A stretch of DNA of 32,000 nucleotides from Raphidiopsis brookii D9 (GCA_000175855.1 ACYB01000036.1:30001-62000); one strand, 5' to 3'. Shown: positions 1 to 11,726, counted from the stretch's first letter. Translations and numbers: made by a program. The notes: generated from the sequence alone by a model not told the origin.

Positions 1-846
1 CCCGCAACTCAATGTTACCCATCCTTAATGACTAAAAAAATACAAGGACTTTTTTGTGCTGGACAAATTAATGGCACGACGGGTTATGAAGAGGCAGCTG
101 CTCAAGGATTAGTGGCGGGCATTAATGCAGTTCAGTTTGTTCAAGGTCGAGAAATGGTGATTTTTCCCCGAGAACAAAGTTATATTGGCACTTTAATTGA
201 TGATTTGTGCACGAAGGATTTACGAGAACCCTATCGCATGCTCACCAGTCGCTCAGAATATCGGTTATTACTAAGGTCTGATAACGCAGATCAACGTATG
301 ACTCCCCTGGGAAGAGCAATAGGTCTAATTGATGACAGAAGATGGAATTTGTTTACTAGAAAACAAGAACACATTATTGGGGAAAAGGAAAGACTCCATT
401 CCACCAGAATCAAGGAGCATGAGGATATTGGTAGGTTGATTACTCAACATACTCAACAGGTTATTAAGGGTTCAATCACCCTCGTAGATCTGTTGCGTCG
501 TCCAGAAATCCATTATCTTGATTTGGAAAGATACGGACTCGGTAATCCCCATCTCCATGCAGCGGAAAAAGAGGGTGCGGAAATAGATATTAAGTATTCT
601 GGGTATTTGGCCAGACAGCAAAACCAAATCGACCAAATCGCTCGTCAAGCAAATCGCCATCTACCCCCCAATTTGGATTATGATTCTATTACTACTCTTT
701 CTAAAGAAGCTAGGGAGAAACTCACCACAGTTAAACCTCTCACGATTGGACAAGCATCGCGCATTGGAGGAGTAAATCCTGCTGACATTAATGCTCTACT
801 TATCTATTTGGAAACTAGAAAAAATTTGACTACATCCCCCCACTAA
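1..846 (+). CDS. mnmG: tRNA uridine-5-carboxymethylaminomethyl(34) synthesis enzyme MnmG (GidA), C-terminal part; the gene starts before the window
   Basis: Reading frame is open from base 1 (..[41 protein letters not shown]..) and carries the characteristic MnmG FAD-domain and C-terminal motifs ([18 protein letters not shown]). Confidence 0.95.
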   Translation, partial: PATQCYPSLMTKKIQGLFCAGQINGTTGYEEAAAQGLVAGINAVQFVQGREMVIFPREQSYIGTLIDDLCTKDLREPYRMLTSRSEYRLLLRSDNADQRMTPLGRAIGLIDDRRWNLFTRKQEHIIGEKERLHSTRIKEHEDIGRLITQHTQQVIKGSITLVDLLRRPEIHYLDLERYGLGNPHLHAAEKEGAEIDIKYSGYLARQQNQIDQIARQANRHLPPNLDYDSITTLSKEAREKLTTVKPLTIGQASRIGGVNPADINALLIYLETRKNLTTSPH

Positions 847-1020
847 TGATGAAGTTAATGTCCTAATTATATACTGGGTGTACTTAATCTTGGGTGGTAT
901 TAGTTAGTATCCGGATAAAAATTGCCAGAACTGGAAAGCAATAAGCAATATATGAACCGGTTCAAGAGATGGATTTTTAATTTTTCTGGCGTTGCACCAG
1001 TGTTGAATCTAATATGGTAA

Positions 1021-3072
1021 GTGTTGTACCGTAGGTATGAAGGGTTGAATTTGGCTATTTCGCCATCCCTGGTCATGAGCAGGATGTCGTGTCATACTTC
1101 ACCCAATCCTAGGTTACCTAGATATATTTTGCCTAATAGTGTACACATTTTGGAAGTGAGTCCTGCGATGGTTAAACTCCGTCAATCTTCCTTTAGACGA
1201 ATTTTAGTAACCAGAATATTACTGGTCTTTGTTCCAGTTTTATTAATTGGGGAAATAGCTGCACTGAATAAAGCACGTTCAAGCTTGCTAAATAATGTTA
1301 GGCAAAATTTAATTGATAGTGCGATTAATAAAGGAGAGAAAATTACAGATGCGATCGCCACCCTAGAAAGCAATTTACTGACAGCTACTCAGACTCAAGC
1401 GATAAAATCTGGGTCAGTTATAGAAGCGGAAAAATTAATCAAACAAATCAAGAGATTATTGCCCAATCAAATTGATTGTATTCAACTCAATCATCTTGAT
1501 AATAGGGATGAGAGGAATCTGGTGATTGCTAGTAGCTGTGGAAATCAACCTTTGATAGAAAATAATATGTCATGGATTAATAGTCAATTTTCTGGTGGAA
1601 TTAGTCATCAGGTTCACATTACCCCATTTTTACCATTGAAATCGAGAATTACTGGTAAACATCCTAGAGGAAACCAATTGGAATTAGTTTTGTCAGCACC
1701 AGTGTATAATCAGCGGGGAAATTTGGCTTATGTTTTAATTATTAAAACCACACTACACCGAGAAATGGAAAATCAACGAGGTTCCCTTATTGGTGCTTTA
1801 GTAGTAATTAGTGAAGATGGGACTATTCTGGCCCACCCATCTTTAGAAACCATAGGAACTAATATTAATAAATATACAGATTTGCAGCAGTTAAAAGGAG
1901 TTATTAAAGATGCTCTTGAGGGTAATAATAACTCCATAAATTTTCATTTTAGCGACGGAGAGGACTCGGTAGCTGGGTATACAGCTATTCCCAATCCTAT
2001 TACTAAACAAAAACACGAAAAATGGGTCATATTAGCTGTTGCTAGTGTTAGAGATGCTCTTTTAGGATTAGATCAGATTAAACTGATACTTATTGCCTTA
2101 ACAGTTGGTTTAGTAGGTGCTAGTTTATTGGTTTCTTTATACTTGGCACCTTTGTTAGCAAATCCTTTAGAGGAGTTAAGGGACTATGCTTTAAATATTC
2201 ACAGTCATCATGCAGTACAACCAATTCCGCGCAATTTTAGAATTAAGGAGTTTAATCAATTAGCTCAAGCATTGGATCAAATGGTGGAACGACTGAAAGC
2301 ATGGACAGAAGAGTTAGAAATGGCTTGGAAGGAGGCTAAATCAGCTAACACCGTCAAAAGTCAGTTTTTAGCCAACACATCCCATGAATTGAGAAATCCC
2401 CTGAATATCATTATTAACTGTGTGCGTTTAGTGAGAGATGGTTTATGTGATGATAAGGAGGAGGAATTAGAGTTTTTAAAAAAAGCTGATGATACGGCAA
2501 TTCATCTTTTAGGGATTATTAATGATCTGCTAGATATTTCTAAAATTGAAGCTGGTAAACTTTCGGTGGTGATGATTCCGTTGGAATTACGCCAATTACT
2601 ACTAGAAGTGATTAATTTACAATCAGTCAACGTGGAAAAGAAAGGACTGCAATTAAAATGTGAAATATTAGAACAGATTATCCCTATTAAGGGTGATAGA
2701 ATCAAACTCAAACAGGTGCTGATCAATGTTATTGGTAATGCTACCAAATTCACCGAGGAAGGAAGTATTACAATTAGCACTAAAACTATCCAACAAAATA
2801 GTAAATTGTATGTGGTTATTTCCGTGGTAGATACTGGTATAGGTATAGATCCACAGCAGCAGCATAAACTATTTCGTCCCTTTGTAATGGTGGATGGTAG
2901 TACCACACGCAAATTTGAGGGAACGGGTTTAGGATTAGCTATTTCCCGCAATTTGATTGAATTAATGGGGGGGAAAATTAGTTTGGAAAGTTTGGGTTTA
3001 AATCGGGGAACAACGGTTAAGATTATTCTACCACTTATAGATATTTCTCTTTTACCTGCTCCCTATAACTAA
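1021..3072 (+). CDS. Membrane sensor histidine kinase (periplasmic Cache-like sensor, HAMP, HisKA, HATPase_c); start probably ATG at 1168
   Basis: Two hydrophobic segments flank an extracytoplasmic domain. [10 protein letters not shown]-box; [17 protein letters not shown] and [11 protein letters not shown] boxes. Confidence 0.9.
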   Translation: MLYRRYEGLNLAISPSLVMSRMSCHTSPNPRLPRYILPNSVHILEVSPAMVKLRQSSFRRILVTRILLVFVPVLLIGEIAALNKARSSLLNNVRQNLIDSAINKGEKITDAIATLESNLLTATQTQAIKSGSVIEAEKLIKQIKRLLPNQIDCIQLNHLDNRDERNLVIASSCGNQPLIENNMSWINSQFSGGISHQVHITPFLPLKSRITGKHPRGNQLELVLSAPVYNQRGNLAYVLIIKTTLHREMENQRGSLIGALVVISEDGTILAHPSLETIGTNINKYTDLQQLKGVIKDALEGNNNSINFHFSDGEDSVAGYTAIPNPITKQKHEKWVILAVASVRDALLGLDQIKLILIALTVGLVGASLLVSLYLAPLLANPLEELRDYALNIHSHHAVQPIPRNFRIKEFNQLAQALDQMVERLKAWTEELEMAWKEAKSANTVKSQFLANTSHELRNPLNIIINCVRLVRDGLCDDKEEELEFLKKADDTAIHLLGIINDLLDISKIEAGKLSVVMIPLELRQLLLEVINLQSVNVEKKGLQLKCEILEQIIPIKGDRIKLKQVLINVIGNATKFTEEGSITISTKTIQQNSKLYVVISVVDTGIGIDPQQQHKLFRPFVMVDGSTTRKFEGTGLGLAISRNLIELMGGKISLESLGLNRGTTVKIILPLIDISLLPAPYN

Positions 3073-3857
3073 ATACCCGCACCATCCAAAAATTCTTGTA
3101 TGGCTTTATCTCGAATATGACAGACTTTCTGTTCCCTAGGTGATTCTTGATCTCCCATTAGTTTACCCACTAAAACCGAGGTCTTGAGGTAACTAGGGAG
3201 AGATGGAATTGGGTCTTTGAGATTTTTGATTTCTTCCTCTAGCATTTCAATACGATTAACTAAAGCTCGAATTGCTTCTGCTTCAGAATCAGGTAGATTA
3301 TTATGTTCTAAGGGAGCAATACGCACCCCTGAACGATAGATAATTCTCCCTGGTATACCAACAACAGTACAATTGGATGGTACATCCCTGAGTACTACCG
3401 AACCTGCACCAATACGAACATTACTACCTATTTGGAGATTACCCAATACCTTAGCACCCGCACCAACAACCACATTTTCTCCCAGGGTGGGGTGACGTTT
3501 ACCACTTTGTTTACCCGTACCACCTAGGGTTACACCCTGATATATGAGAGCATAATCACCCACAATGGCAGTTTCTCCAATCACAACTCCCATACCATGG
3601 TCAATAAATACTCCCTTACCAATTACCGCACCTGGATGTATTTCCACACCCGTGAAAAATCTAGCTATCTGGGAAATGAGACGGGGAATTAAGGGAATAC
3701 CCATGGTGTATAGGGTATGTGCTATTCTATGAAAGATGAGAGCTTGTAAACCAGGATAGCAAAATAAAACTTCCAACCAGTTGCGAGCAGCTGGATCTCG
3801 TTCAAAGATAATACGAAAATCGTCACGCAGTGTAGATAGCATCGAGATATTATCCAA
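3069..3857 (-). CDS. cysE: Serine O-acetyltransferase
   Basis: Left-handed beta-helix hexapeptide repeats; [26 protein letters not shown] and [17 protein letters not shown] motifs. Confidence 0.95.
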   Translation of the reverse strand: MDNISMLSTLRDDFRIIFERDPAARNWLEVLFCYPGLQALIFHRIAHTLYTMGIPLIPRLISQIARFFTGVEIHPGAVIGKGVFIDHGMGVVIGETAIVGDYALIYQGVTLGGTGKQSGKRHPTLGENVVVGAGAKVLGNLQIGSNVRIGAGSVVLRDVPSNCTVVGIPGRIIYRSGVRIAPLEHNNLPDSEAEAIRALVNRIEMLEEEIKNLKDPIPSLPSYLKTSVLVGKLMGDQESPREQKVCHIRDKAIQEFLDGAGI

Positions 3858-3930
3858 AAAAGCTACTTTGTCATTTTAAATCATAGCGAACTAGATTTCC
3901 AACTCTAGTGAAAAATATTGGTCAAATTCC

Positions 3931-5634
3931 TTAATCTTTAAGCTGGAAAAACACTCCACCCTTCCACATCCCTGGGTTATGATCATAATTACTAATTGTG
4001 AGCGATCGCAAGTTTTTAAAAAGTGGTTGAGCGAACAATTCCCCCAATGGAACTAGGGGTTGTTGACTTTCGAGAAATCTTTGACTTTTTTGCCAGTCTA
4101 TATACACATAACCCTGGTTGGTTTGTGATCTATGATCATTAGCTGTCTTAAATTGGCGGTTTTGGGTCAGGGGATTTTCCTGATGGGTGAGAATTTTTTC
4201 CATTGTTAAAATATCGGAGGCAAAAATTTCATAGTTATCAACAGTTGTATGAAGACCTATGATTTGTGCATCTACAATTTTATTTAGGAATTTTAGTTTT
4301 GTCCATGCAAAAATTGTTTGGTCATTTAATGGGAAAGAACTAACATTAAATCCCTGTTTTATAGCAACAGTATTTAAGTGAGCAATCCCCTGGATTAAAC
4401 TAGGGGATTTTTCTACAATAAAGGTCCAATGAGTATTATCCTCCACATTGGGAAAAATCCCCAGAGCATATTCGCCATCTATCCAACTGAAAATATCATC
4501 GGACAAGCTGATTCCTAATTGTTCTTGAAGTTCCCATAAGCGTGGTAATAACCTACGAGTACCTATAGTTGGGGATCCGTAAATAGTAGTTGTTGTCTGT
4601 TGCCAAAGTTTATTTATACCACTCTCTTGCTGGAGATTGGTACCACTAATTGCTAAACCAACAGATTCCGGAAGATAATTCACAGCATTAGTTACAACAT
4701 TGTTTAACCTGGCCATAGATGCTTGGCGAGGAACCGGGGACGGGTTAAAAAATCCAGTTTCTACCAACAAACCATCAGGATTTAATACTAAAGAAAGAAG
4801 CTGACTATCATAGTTGGCAGAAATTGATGTTTCTGGAAACTTTAAATTTTGCCATTTTGCCACATAGGGTAAATTAAAATATCCCAGAGCTAGGGCATTT
4901 TTAGGCAGTTCTTGGATAGCTCTTTGATATTTGGGAGAACTGACTAAATTCAAATTGGGAGCTTGAACATTATTAATTGACTCTTTCAAAACCTTGATAT
5001 CATTGGCAAACAAAACATATTTACCTACAACCGCACCAGCTAAAGAACTGTTGATTTCAAACCCCGAAAATTGACTGGATGTTAACTTATTTTCACCGGG
5101 CAGATCATAAACTAACTTTGTGCCATTATATTTTGAAACTTCTAGGGTTTTTCCTAATAAAGCTCGTTGAGAAAATAATAATTTAATAAACTCACGGCTT
5201 TGAGTTGGATCCTCCGTTGCCAATATCATTAAATATCCCGGTTGCATCCCATTATCTGGGTTACGGTCAAGATCCTCACTGGTAACAACCAAGCTAATTT
5301 CCTTACCTAACCAGGATTGAATATCATTAGTTATATTTTTTGCCGATAATTTGGCGATCGCCTGAGTAAATTCCCGGTCTAAAGATTGTAACTCTTGGGG
5401 ATTAACTAGTAGAGATATCATTGCAGGTGATGTTCGAGAAACAAACATACTAGCCCCAGGTTGAGAAATGGGGGTAATAGTCTTAATTGTATGAGGGAGC
5501 CAGTATAAGCCAGTAGTAGCAATTAACAGCAAAGTAATAATACCAGCCAAGATCCAACCAAAAGATAAGCGTTGATAATTCGCGTTCAAATTATTCACTT
5601 TTAACCTACTTTCCCGCCTTTTTGTCGCCACCAT
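3931..5634 (-). CDS. DUF3352-like conserved cyanobacterial protein with an N-terminal membrane anchor
   Basis: 567-aa ORF with one N-terminal TM helix (GWILAGIITLLLIATTGLYWL) and a long extracytoplasmic part. Confidence 0.65.
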   Translation of the reverse strand: MVATKRRESRLKVNNLNANYQRLSFGWILAGIITLLLIATTGLYWLPHTIKTITPISQPGASMFVSRTSPAMISLLVNPQELQSLDREFTQAIAKLSAKNITNDIQSWLGKEISLVVTSEDLDRNPDNGMQPGYLMILATEDPTQSREFIKLLFSQRALLGKTLEVSKYNGTKLVYDLPGENKLTSSQFSGFEINSSLAGAVVGKYVLFANDIKVLKESINNVQAPNLNLVSSPKYQRAIQELPKNALALGYFNLPYVAKWQNLKFPETSISANYDSQLLSLVLNPDGLLVETGFFNPSPVPRQASMARLNNVVTNAVNYLPESVGLAISGTNLQQESGINKLWQQTTTTIYGSPTIGTRRLLPRLWELQEQLGISLSDDIFSWIDGEYALGIFPNVEDNTHWTFIVEKSPSLIQGIAHLNTVAIKQGFNVSSFPLNDQTIFAWTKLKFLNKIVDAQIIGLHTTVDNYEIFASDILTMEKILTHQENPLTQNRQFKTANDHRSQTNQGYVYIDWQKSQRFLESQQPLVPLGELFAQPLFKNLRSLTISNYDHNPGMWKGGVFFQLKD

Positions 5635-5671
5635 ATAGTATAATTCGAGTTGGTAGTTTAACGATTATGTT

Positions 5672-6022
5672 ATGATGACTGGTGAATCTTTTAAAGAAAT
5701 TCGAGTTCAAGAACTACAGCAACGTTTAATCCAGGATAGTTCCAATTTACAATTAATAGACGTGCGAGAACCACAAGAGGTTGCCATAGCACAAATTTCC
5801 GGTTTTGTCAACCTCCCCCTGAGTGAATATGATCAATGGCAAGGAGAAATTTCCGCTCGTTTTGAAACTTCTAAGGAAACCCTAGTATTATGCCACCATG
5901 GTTCAAGATCTGCTCAAATGTGCCAATGGCTTCTATCTCAGGGATTTACGGACGTTAGTAATATTGTAGGTGGGATAGATGCCTATTCTCTCTTAGTGGA
6001 TAATTCCATACCTCAATATTAG
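5672..6022 (+). CDS. Rhodanese-like domain protein
   Basis: LIDVREPQEVAIAQI and active-site loop LCHHGSRSAQM. Confidence 0.9.
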   Translation: MMTGESFKEIRVQELQQRLIQDSSNLQLIDVREPQEVAIAQISGFVNLPLSEYDQWQGEISARFETSKETLVLCHHGSRSAQMCQWLLSQGFTDVSNIVGGIDAYSLLVDNSIPQY

Positions 6023-6059
6023 ACACTGTGTTTACGGATAGAAAGTGCTTAATCATCTT

Positions 6060-6086
6060 GCTACCCATTAAAAGGTAGCTTTTTGT
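6060..6086 (+). terminator. Candidate rho-independent terminator after the rhodanese gene
   Basis: GCTACC-CATTAAAA-GGTAGC stem-loop followed directly by a T-tract (TTTTTG). Confidence 0.6.
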
Positions 6087-6323
6087 ATCAGCAAGCACAA
6101 ACTTTTGCAAAAAATTTATGGGAATATGGTAGAATGGTTTGATATGGGTGTTTCAGTATAAGTAATACAAATATAGACAGGTAGTGCAAGCTGTTAGATG
6201 TTAGGTTTGTTAAAGTAATAATTAATAATTAATCATAATTAATCTCTTTTTTAATTTCCCTTGTCCGTGTCGCGAGACAAACTTTTGCACCCCTTAAAAT
6301 ACGCCTTCACCAAAATATACTTT

Positions 6324-7406
6324 ATGCAAGTCCAGCTGACAAATCGACAACAACATATACTATGGGCGACGGTAAGACATTACATTGCCACAGCGGAACC
6401 AGTTGGTTCAAAAGCTTTAATTGAAGAATTTGATCTTGGTATTAGTTCTGCCACTATTCGCAGTGTAATGGGCGTTTTAGAAAAATCGGGTTTATTGTAC
6501 CAACCCCACACTTCTGCGGGTAGGATTCCCTCGGATTCAGGTTATCGTATATATGTGAATCAGCTGATGAAACCGTCAGCAGCTCTGGTTAAGGAAGTGG
6601 AATCCACCTTACAGCAGCGACTCCCTTGGGATGATTGGAGTTTAGAAGCCTTATTACAGGGTGCGGCGCAAATTTTAGCGACTTTAAGTGGCTGTATTAC
6701 CCTAATTACCATGCCACAAGCTAACACTACCCAAATCCGACACTTACAACTTTTACAAGTGGAAAGGGGAAAAGTCATGTTGATTGTAGTCACTGATGGA
6801 TACGAAACCCATTCCAAAGTGGTGGACTTGTTCCCAGAATCAGGTGTAAATCAACTGGAAGCAGAAACGATTGACAGAGAACTACAAATACTTTCTAACT
6901 TTTTAAATACCAGCTTGCGTAACTATACCCTATCAGATCTAGCCAATATGAATTGGAGTGAACTAGATCGGGAATTTCAAAGTTATGGAGAACTGTTGAA
7001 AAAATCCTTGACAGAATTACTCAAGCGTGCGTCCAATCCGCCAAATAGCCAAATTATGGTGCGAGGTGTGGGAGAGGTGTTAAGACAACCGGAATTTTCC
7101 CAGTTGCAGCAAGTACAAACAATAATGCATCTCCTAGAAGAAGAACAAGAACAACTATGGAAATTAATATGTGACGAACCGGAGATAGAAGAAACTGGTC
7201 AACCCAAGGTGACAGTGCGTATTGGCGCAGAAAATCCCTTAGAACCTATGAGAAGCTGCTCCTTGATTTTTTCTAGTTATCGTAGGGGTACAATACCTGT
7301 TGGGAGGGTAGGAGTTTTGGGCCCAACTAGGTTAGACTATGAAAATGCCATTGCAGTGGTAGCAGCAGCAGCAGCATATCTTTCGGAAGCATTTAACTAC
7401 TATTGA
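6324..7406 (+). CDS. hrcA: Heat-inducible transcription repressor HrcA
   Basis: [62 protein letters not shown] is diagnostic for the HrcA N-terminus. The listed ORF starts upstream at 6261. Confidence 0.93.
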   Translation: MQVQLTNRQQHILWATVRHYIATAEPVGSKALIEEFDLGISSATIRSVMGVLEKSGLLYQPHTSAGRIPSDSGYRIYVNQLMKPSAALVKEVESTLQQRLPWDDWSLEALLQGAAQILATLSGCITLITMPQANTTQIRHLQLLQVERGKVMLIVVTDGYETHSKVVDLFPESGVNQLEAETIDRELQILSNFLNTSLRNYTLSDLANMNWSELDREFQSYGELLKKSLTELLKRASNPPNSQIMVRGVGEVLRQPEFSQLQQVQTIMHLLEEEQEQLWKLICDEPEIEETGQPKVTVRIGAENPLEPMRSCSLIFSSYRRGTIPVGRVGVLGPTRLDYENAIAVVAAAAAYLSEAFNYY

Positions 7407-7438
7407 TTTGCTTTTGCCATTGATGTTATGGTTTTGGT

Positions 7439-8110
7439 GTGTATGGAGTCTGGCGTGAGAAAATGTTAAGAAGAATAATTTTATTGGCAATATGGCTAGG
7501 GTTTGTTAGCTACGCCTTTTTCCTTGCTCCCCCTGATAACTTTCCCCTAACTGTAGAGCTAATCAAAAACCTTTGTGTAGGAAATTGGCAAGGTATTAAT
7601 CCTCTGATTATCGCCCTATTTTATTTAATGGGAATTTGGCCTTTGGTGTATAGTGCAGTCTTGTTTTTTGATGGAAGGGGACAAAAAATAGTGGCTTGGC
7701 CATTTGCATTTGCATCCTTTGGCGTTGGTGCTTTTGCTATTTTGCCCTATTTAGTTTTAAGAGCAGAAAACCCAGAATTTACGGGTGATAAGAACTGGTT
7801 TTTAAAAAATTTCGACTCTCGATGGACAGGAATTTCATTAAGTTTAGCAGCACTGGTTTTGGTAGGATATGGGTGGAGAGGGGATGGGTTTGATTTTATT
7901 CATCAATGGCAAACCAATAGGTTTATTCATGTAATGACCCTGGATTTTTTGTTGCTGAGTCTATTATTTCCCATACTATTGGGAGATGACATGACGCGAC
8001 GGGGTTGGCACAATCATCGATTATGGTGGTTATTTGCCTTGATTCCCCTTTTTGGTCCTTTGGTTTATTTATGTGTTAGACCACCCACAAAAGAATCAAC
8101 CTCCCAATAA
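7439..8110 (+). CDS. Conserved multi-pass membrane protein (DUF2834-like)
   Basis: 223-aa ORF with about six hydrophobic segments. Confidence 0.55.
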   Translation: MYGVWREKMLRRIILLAIWLGFVSYAFFLAPPDNFPLTVELIKNLCVGNWQGINPLIIALFYLMGIWPLVYSAVLFFDGRGQKIVAWPFAFASFGVGAFAILPYLVLRAENPEFTGDKNWFLKNFDSRWTGISLSLAALVLVGYGWRGDGFDFIHQWQTNRFIHVMTLDFLLLSLLFPILLGDDMTRRGWHNHRLWWLFALIPLFGPLVYLCVRPPTKESTSQ

Positions 8111-8157
8111 GTAGAAATAATTGCCGATTGATACAATAGATAAAATATATGCAGATC

Positions 8158-8910
8158 ATGAGCGAAAAAACAGATAGTAAGAAATCAGAACCTAGCCAGG
8201 ATGAAAGCTTCTCAGCCAAAGAGTTTTTCAATAGACAATGGGAACTTTACCAAAAAGTATTAAACAATAATTACATGGGACATCAGGAAATATATGATGT
8301 GCTACACAAATTATTAGCTCAATGGTCAAAACCCTTTACTATGCTAGATTTAGGGTGTGGGGATGCCAGTTTTACTAGTCGAGCTTTATTAAACACCCAA
8401 ATTACTGAATATACGGGTGTAGACGTATCCACAGCTGCACTAGTGGATGCTGAACAAAACATTGCCCTAATTGGGTGCGAGAGAAAACTTGTGTCAGTAG
8501 ACTGTTGGCAATTCATCAATGATTTAGTCCAATATGGAACCCCAAAATTTGATGTTGTTCTCATATCCTTTGCTCTTCACCATTTGCAACCGGAGGAAAA
8601 AGAACAGGTAATTGATAATATCAGAACCCTGTTAAATCCCCATGGGGTTTTCATCCTTATTGACATCATTCGTCAAAAAAAGGAAGATCGGGAAAGTTAT
8701 ATACAACGCTATTTAGGGAATGTGAAAAGGGACTGGTCTTTAATTGACCCCCAAGAGTATACAATGGTGGAAAATCATATTTCATCCAGTGATTTTCCTG
8801 AAACTCAGTTCTGGTTTCAAACCATCTCTCAAAAACTGGGTTTTATTAACTTCACACCAGTTTATTGTGATGATTTAGATACTACACAGCTATTGTGTTT
8901 TTATCCCTAG
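8158..8910 (+). CDS. Class I SAM-dependent methyltransferase
   Basis: Motif I LDLGCGDASFTSRAL; PKFDVVLISFALHHLQPEEK; FILIDIIRQ. Confidence 0.88.
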   Translation: MSEKTDSKKSEPSQDESFSAKEFFNRQWELYQKVLNNNYMGHQEIYDVLHKLLAQWSKPFTMLDLGCGDASFTSRALLNTQITEYTGVDVSTAALVDAEQNIALIGCERKLVSVDCWQFINDLVQYGTPKFDVVLISFALHHLQPEEKEQVIDNIRTLLNPHGVFILIDIIRQKKEDRESYIQRYLGNVKRDWSLIDPQEYTMVENHISSSDFPETQFWFQTISQKLGFINFTPVYCDDLDTTQLLCFYP

Positions 8911-9004
8911 AGACCAGGAAACATACCATACATTCGGGTTTAGTAAGGTCAAACTGTTCTGTGTCTGGTTTTTTGTGCTAGATATTGACCTAATTGAGAA
9001 GTAT

Positions 9005-9904
9005 TTACACTTTTTTACCTGCAGCAGCAGTCTGATTTTGAAACAATACAAAAGCAGCAACAGCGATTAAAAAATAACCAAAATACTTCTGTAATTTTCT
9101 TCCATCAATGAACCCAGACAGATAACCACCAAAAAAACTACCTAAACTAGCAGCAACAATAAAACTACCTATTAAGTTCCAATCCAAATTCACACGTCCT
9201 AAATAACCCAAAAAACCTGCCATCGCATTAGCTACTAAAATCAACAAAGAAGTACCAATGGCTTCTTTCATGGGTGTTTTACCTAAAATTACTAAAGCAG
9301 GAACAATGGCAAAACCACCTCCAACTCCTATCAACCCAGTTAATGTTCCTACTCCTAACCCCTCGGTTAATAACCATAACCAGCAATACTTGCAAACTGG
9401 GGGTTGGTAAATATGCTCGTAAACATCATCTTGATAAATATCTTGATCCTGTGGTGGATAACCCTGATCTAAATCCAAAGATCTATCCTTTCTTGGTTCT
9501 AGATCCTTTTGGTATTTTATGGATGATTTATCTGGATTTTGCCTACTCCTTCTGATCATAAGGAATGCTGCTATCAACATCACAATTGCAAAAAGCAGCA
9601 TTTGTAAATTGTCAGTAATAAATGGTAACCCTGCAATTTTAGCACCTAAAAAGGCACCTAACATGGTCGCAGAGCCAAAAATAAACGCTTTACGAAAATT
9701 GATGTTTCGATTTTTCCAATGAGGAATTAATCCAATCAAGCTGACCGTACCAACAATGATTAGGGTCATGGCAATTGCTGACTTGGTTGGCACCCCCATC
9801 ACATACACTAAAACCGGTAGGGCTAAAACTGAACCACCACCACCTATTAACCCTAAGCTAATACCTATTCCAGTCGCCAAAATATGTCCTAAGATCCACA
9901 TCAT
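9005..9904 (-). CDS. TauE/SafE family sulfite/anion transporter
   Basis: Duplicated GxxxGxxxGxGG motifs (ISLGLIGGGGSVLALPVLVY and TGLIGVGGGFAIVPALVIL) with multiple TMs. Confidence 0.88.
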   Translation of the reverse strand: MMWILGHILATGIGISLGLIGGGGSVLALPVLVYVMGVPTKSAIAMTLIIVGTVSLIGLIPHWKNRNINFRKAFIFGSATMLGAFLGAKIAGLPFITDNLQMLLFAIVMLIAAFLMIRRSRQNPDKSSIKYQKDLEPRKDRSLDLDQGYPPQDQDIYQDDVYEHIYQPPVCKYCWLWLLTEGLGVGTLTGLIGVGGGFAIVPALVILGKTPMKEAIGTSLLILVANAMAGFLGYLGRVNLDWNLIGSFIVAASLGSFFGGYLSGFIDGRKLQKYFGYFLIAVAAFVLFQNQTAAAGKKV

Positions 9905-9975
9905 AGTTTCTCATACCCAACTTCACAATCCACCAATTTTTAAAAACAGACCCCCTGTAGGGAGTCTTAGTATTT

Positions 9976-10515
9976 TCAACCTCTTTGGTTATAGGGCAAT
10001 TTCTTCAATAGCATAGCCATGGTACAAGTATTGGTTAACCCAGCAAATACTAAACCAGTCCCTACAAAACCACTTAAAATTAAAAACCAAGGAGAAACCA
10101 AAACTCCTAAAACTGTCCCAGTAACCACCAAAGTTCCTGCCACTATTTGCACTTGTCTCATTATACTTATAGGAGCATTCTTATTCCTATTAGTTACATA
10201 TCCTAACTTTTTCCAAGCACTAATTCCTCCCTGCAATTGACTGAAATCTCTAAATCCAAATTCTATTAATCTATGGGCAGCTTGTTTGGATCTATTTCCT
10301 GAATGGCAATAAAGAACTATCTTTTTGCCAGTTAATAAGGATATTTTTTCTGGATCTAATTTTGATAGAGACAAAAGTTGAGAACCAGGAATATGCTCAC
10401 CCATAAATTCTTCCTGCTCTCTCACATCTATCAAATGTACTCTTTGGTTTTCTAACAATTCTTTCACCTGTGAAGCATCTAATACTTGTAATTCTTCTTT
10501 GCCTGAAATCTCCAT
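9976..10515 (-). CDS. Rhodanese-like domain protein with a C-terminal two-TM (DUF2892-like) module
   Basis: LIDVREQEEFMGEHIPG, LYCHSGNRSKQAAHRL, then two hydrophobic helices. Confidence 0.88.
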   Translation of the reverse strand: MEISGKEELQVLDASQVKELLENQRVHLIDVREQEEFMGEHIPGSQLLSLSKLDPEKISLLTGKKIVLYCHSGNRSKQAAHRLIEFGFRDFSQLQGGISAWKKLGYVTNRNKNAPISIMRQVQIVAGTLVVTGTVLGVLVSPWFLILSGFVGTGLVFAGLTNTCTMAMLLKKLPYNQRG

Positions 10516-10567
10516 TTGCCTACTCCTGTCGCTATATTTACCAATTTATCCCGTTGAAACTCCACCC

Positions 10568-11262
10568 TTAAACCGCCTTACCGCAAAGTTGATTCGCAGG
10601 AACCGCTGCCATCATTTTTTGAGGATTTGGCAAGTTTAATTCATTCATTAGTTTGACAAATGTCTCCCTGGTATATCCTTTAAAACGAGGGTTATATTTT
10701 CTTTCTTCACCGATAGTAGAAACTGTAAAACCTCTATAGTCATGTCCCGGGTAAACTTCTATTTCGTCCGGAAGTGTAAACAATTTTTCGGTGACAATGT
10801 CAAACAGAGTTTCCGCACTTCCACTTTGAAAATCAGTTCTCCCACAACCCTAATTAATAATGAATCTCCAGTAAATAACTTCTCTTGATTGACTAAAAAG
10901 GCTAAATGACTGTCCGTATGTCCCGGTGTACCAATCGCTAAAATATTAATCGCCCCTATGGTTAATATCTCCCCATCTTCCATCTGTTTGTCCGCACAAC
11001 TGACATCAGAATTAGCAGGTACAATCCCCAAACACCCTGTTCGCTCCCGCAATTTACCCGTACCTGTGATATGATCAGCATGAATATGAGTTTCTAAGCA
11101 ATACTGCAATGTTAAACCTAGTTCCTCAATTAACTGTAAGTCCCTTTCTACTTGCTCCACCACAGGATCTACTAGCACAGCCGCTTCTGTCTGCTCGTCA
11201 GCAATTAAGTATGTATATGTGCTAGATTCTCTGTCAAAAAGTTGTCTAAATAACATATTCAC
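10568..11262 (-). pseudogene. MBL-fold persulfide dioxygenase-like protein (ETHE1/Blh type), interrupted by a 1-nt frameshift near 10848-10850
   Basis: THIHADHITGTG, GTPGHTDSHLAF and FTGDSLLIR in the first ORF. Adding one G restores [48 protein letters not shown], continuous with the second ORF. Confidence 0.85.
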
Positions 11263-11304
11263 CCTTCACTTTTACACTTTGCCTACTTGATAATCTCATC
11301 ATAT

Positions 11305-11316
11305 TACTATATAGTA
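11305..11316. promoter_or_regulatory. Candidate ArsR-family operator in the divergent arsR/MBL intergenic region
   Basis: Perfect 12-bp palindrome TACTATATAGTA lying between outer ACTTGA (about 11285) and TCAAGT (about 11322) arms. Confidence 0.35.
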
Positions 11317-11367
11317 GAATAGTCAAGTGCAAATTTCAGAAATTCTCTAAAATTTTCCCAGTTTTTT

Positions 11368-11699
11368 ATGTCAAGTATGTATCCAGAAGCTCTAATCCAT
11401 GTTGCAGAATATTTTAAAGTGTTATCGGAAGTAAGTCGATTACAGGTTTTGTGCTGTTTGAAGACAGGAGCAAAAAATGTTACCCAGGTGATAGCAGAAA
11501 CTGGTCTTGGTCAAGCCAATGTGTCTAAACACCTGAAGATTCTGACTCAAGCGGGTATTGTCAAAAGAAGACCTGAAGGGTAATGGTGGTTTATGAGATT
11601 GTGGATCCCATATTGTTTCAATTGTGCGATTTAGTGTGCGATCGCCTGCAGGTTAGATTAGAAGAGCAGACTAGGGAGATACAGGATCTTAAACTATAA
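11368..11699 (+). pseudogene. ArsR-family winged-helix regulator (BigR/SqrR-like context), frameshifted at 11578-11580
   Basis: HVAEYFKVLSEVSRLQVLCCLKTGAKNVTQVIAETGLGQANVSKHLKILTQAGIVKRRPEG then a stop. Adding one G to GGG gives GVMVVYEIVDPILFQLCDLVCDRLQVRLEEQTREIQDLKL*. Confidence 0.82.
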
Positions 11700-11726
11700 T
11701 AAATTCCCCAGATACTTGGAGTTCTA

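Noticed and set aside
2502-2951. 149-aa minus-strand ORF inside the histidine kinase gene
   Set aside because: Fully antisense to conserved HisKA/HATPase motifs.
9274-9722. Two plus-strand ORFs antisense to the TauE/SafE gene
   Set aside because: They overlap conserved transmembrane motifs of the permease in full, with no independent domain signal.
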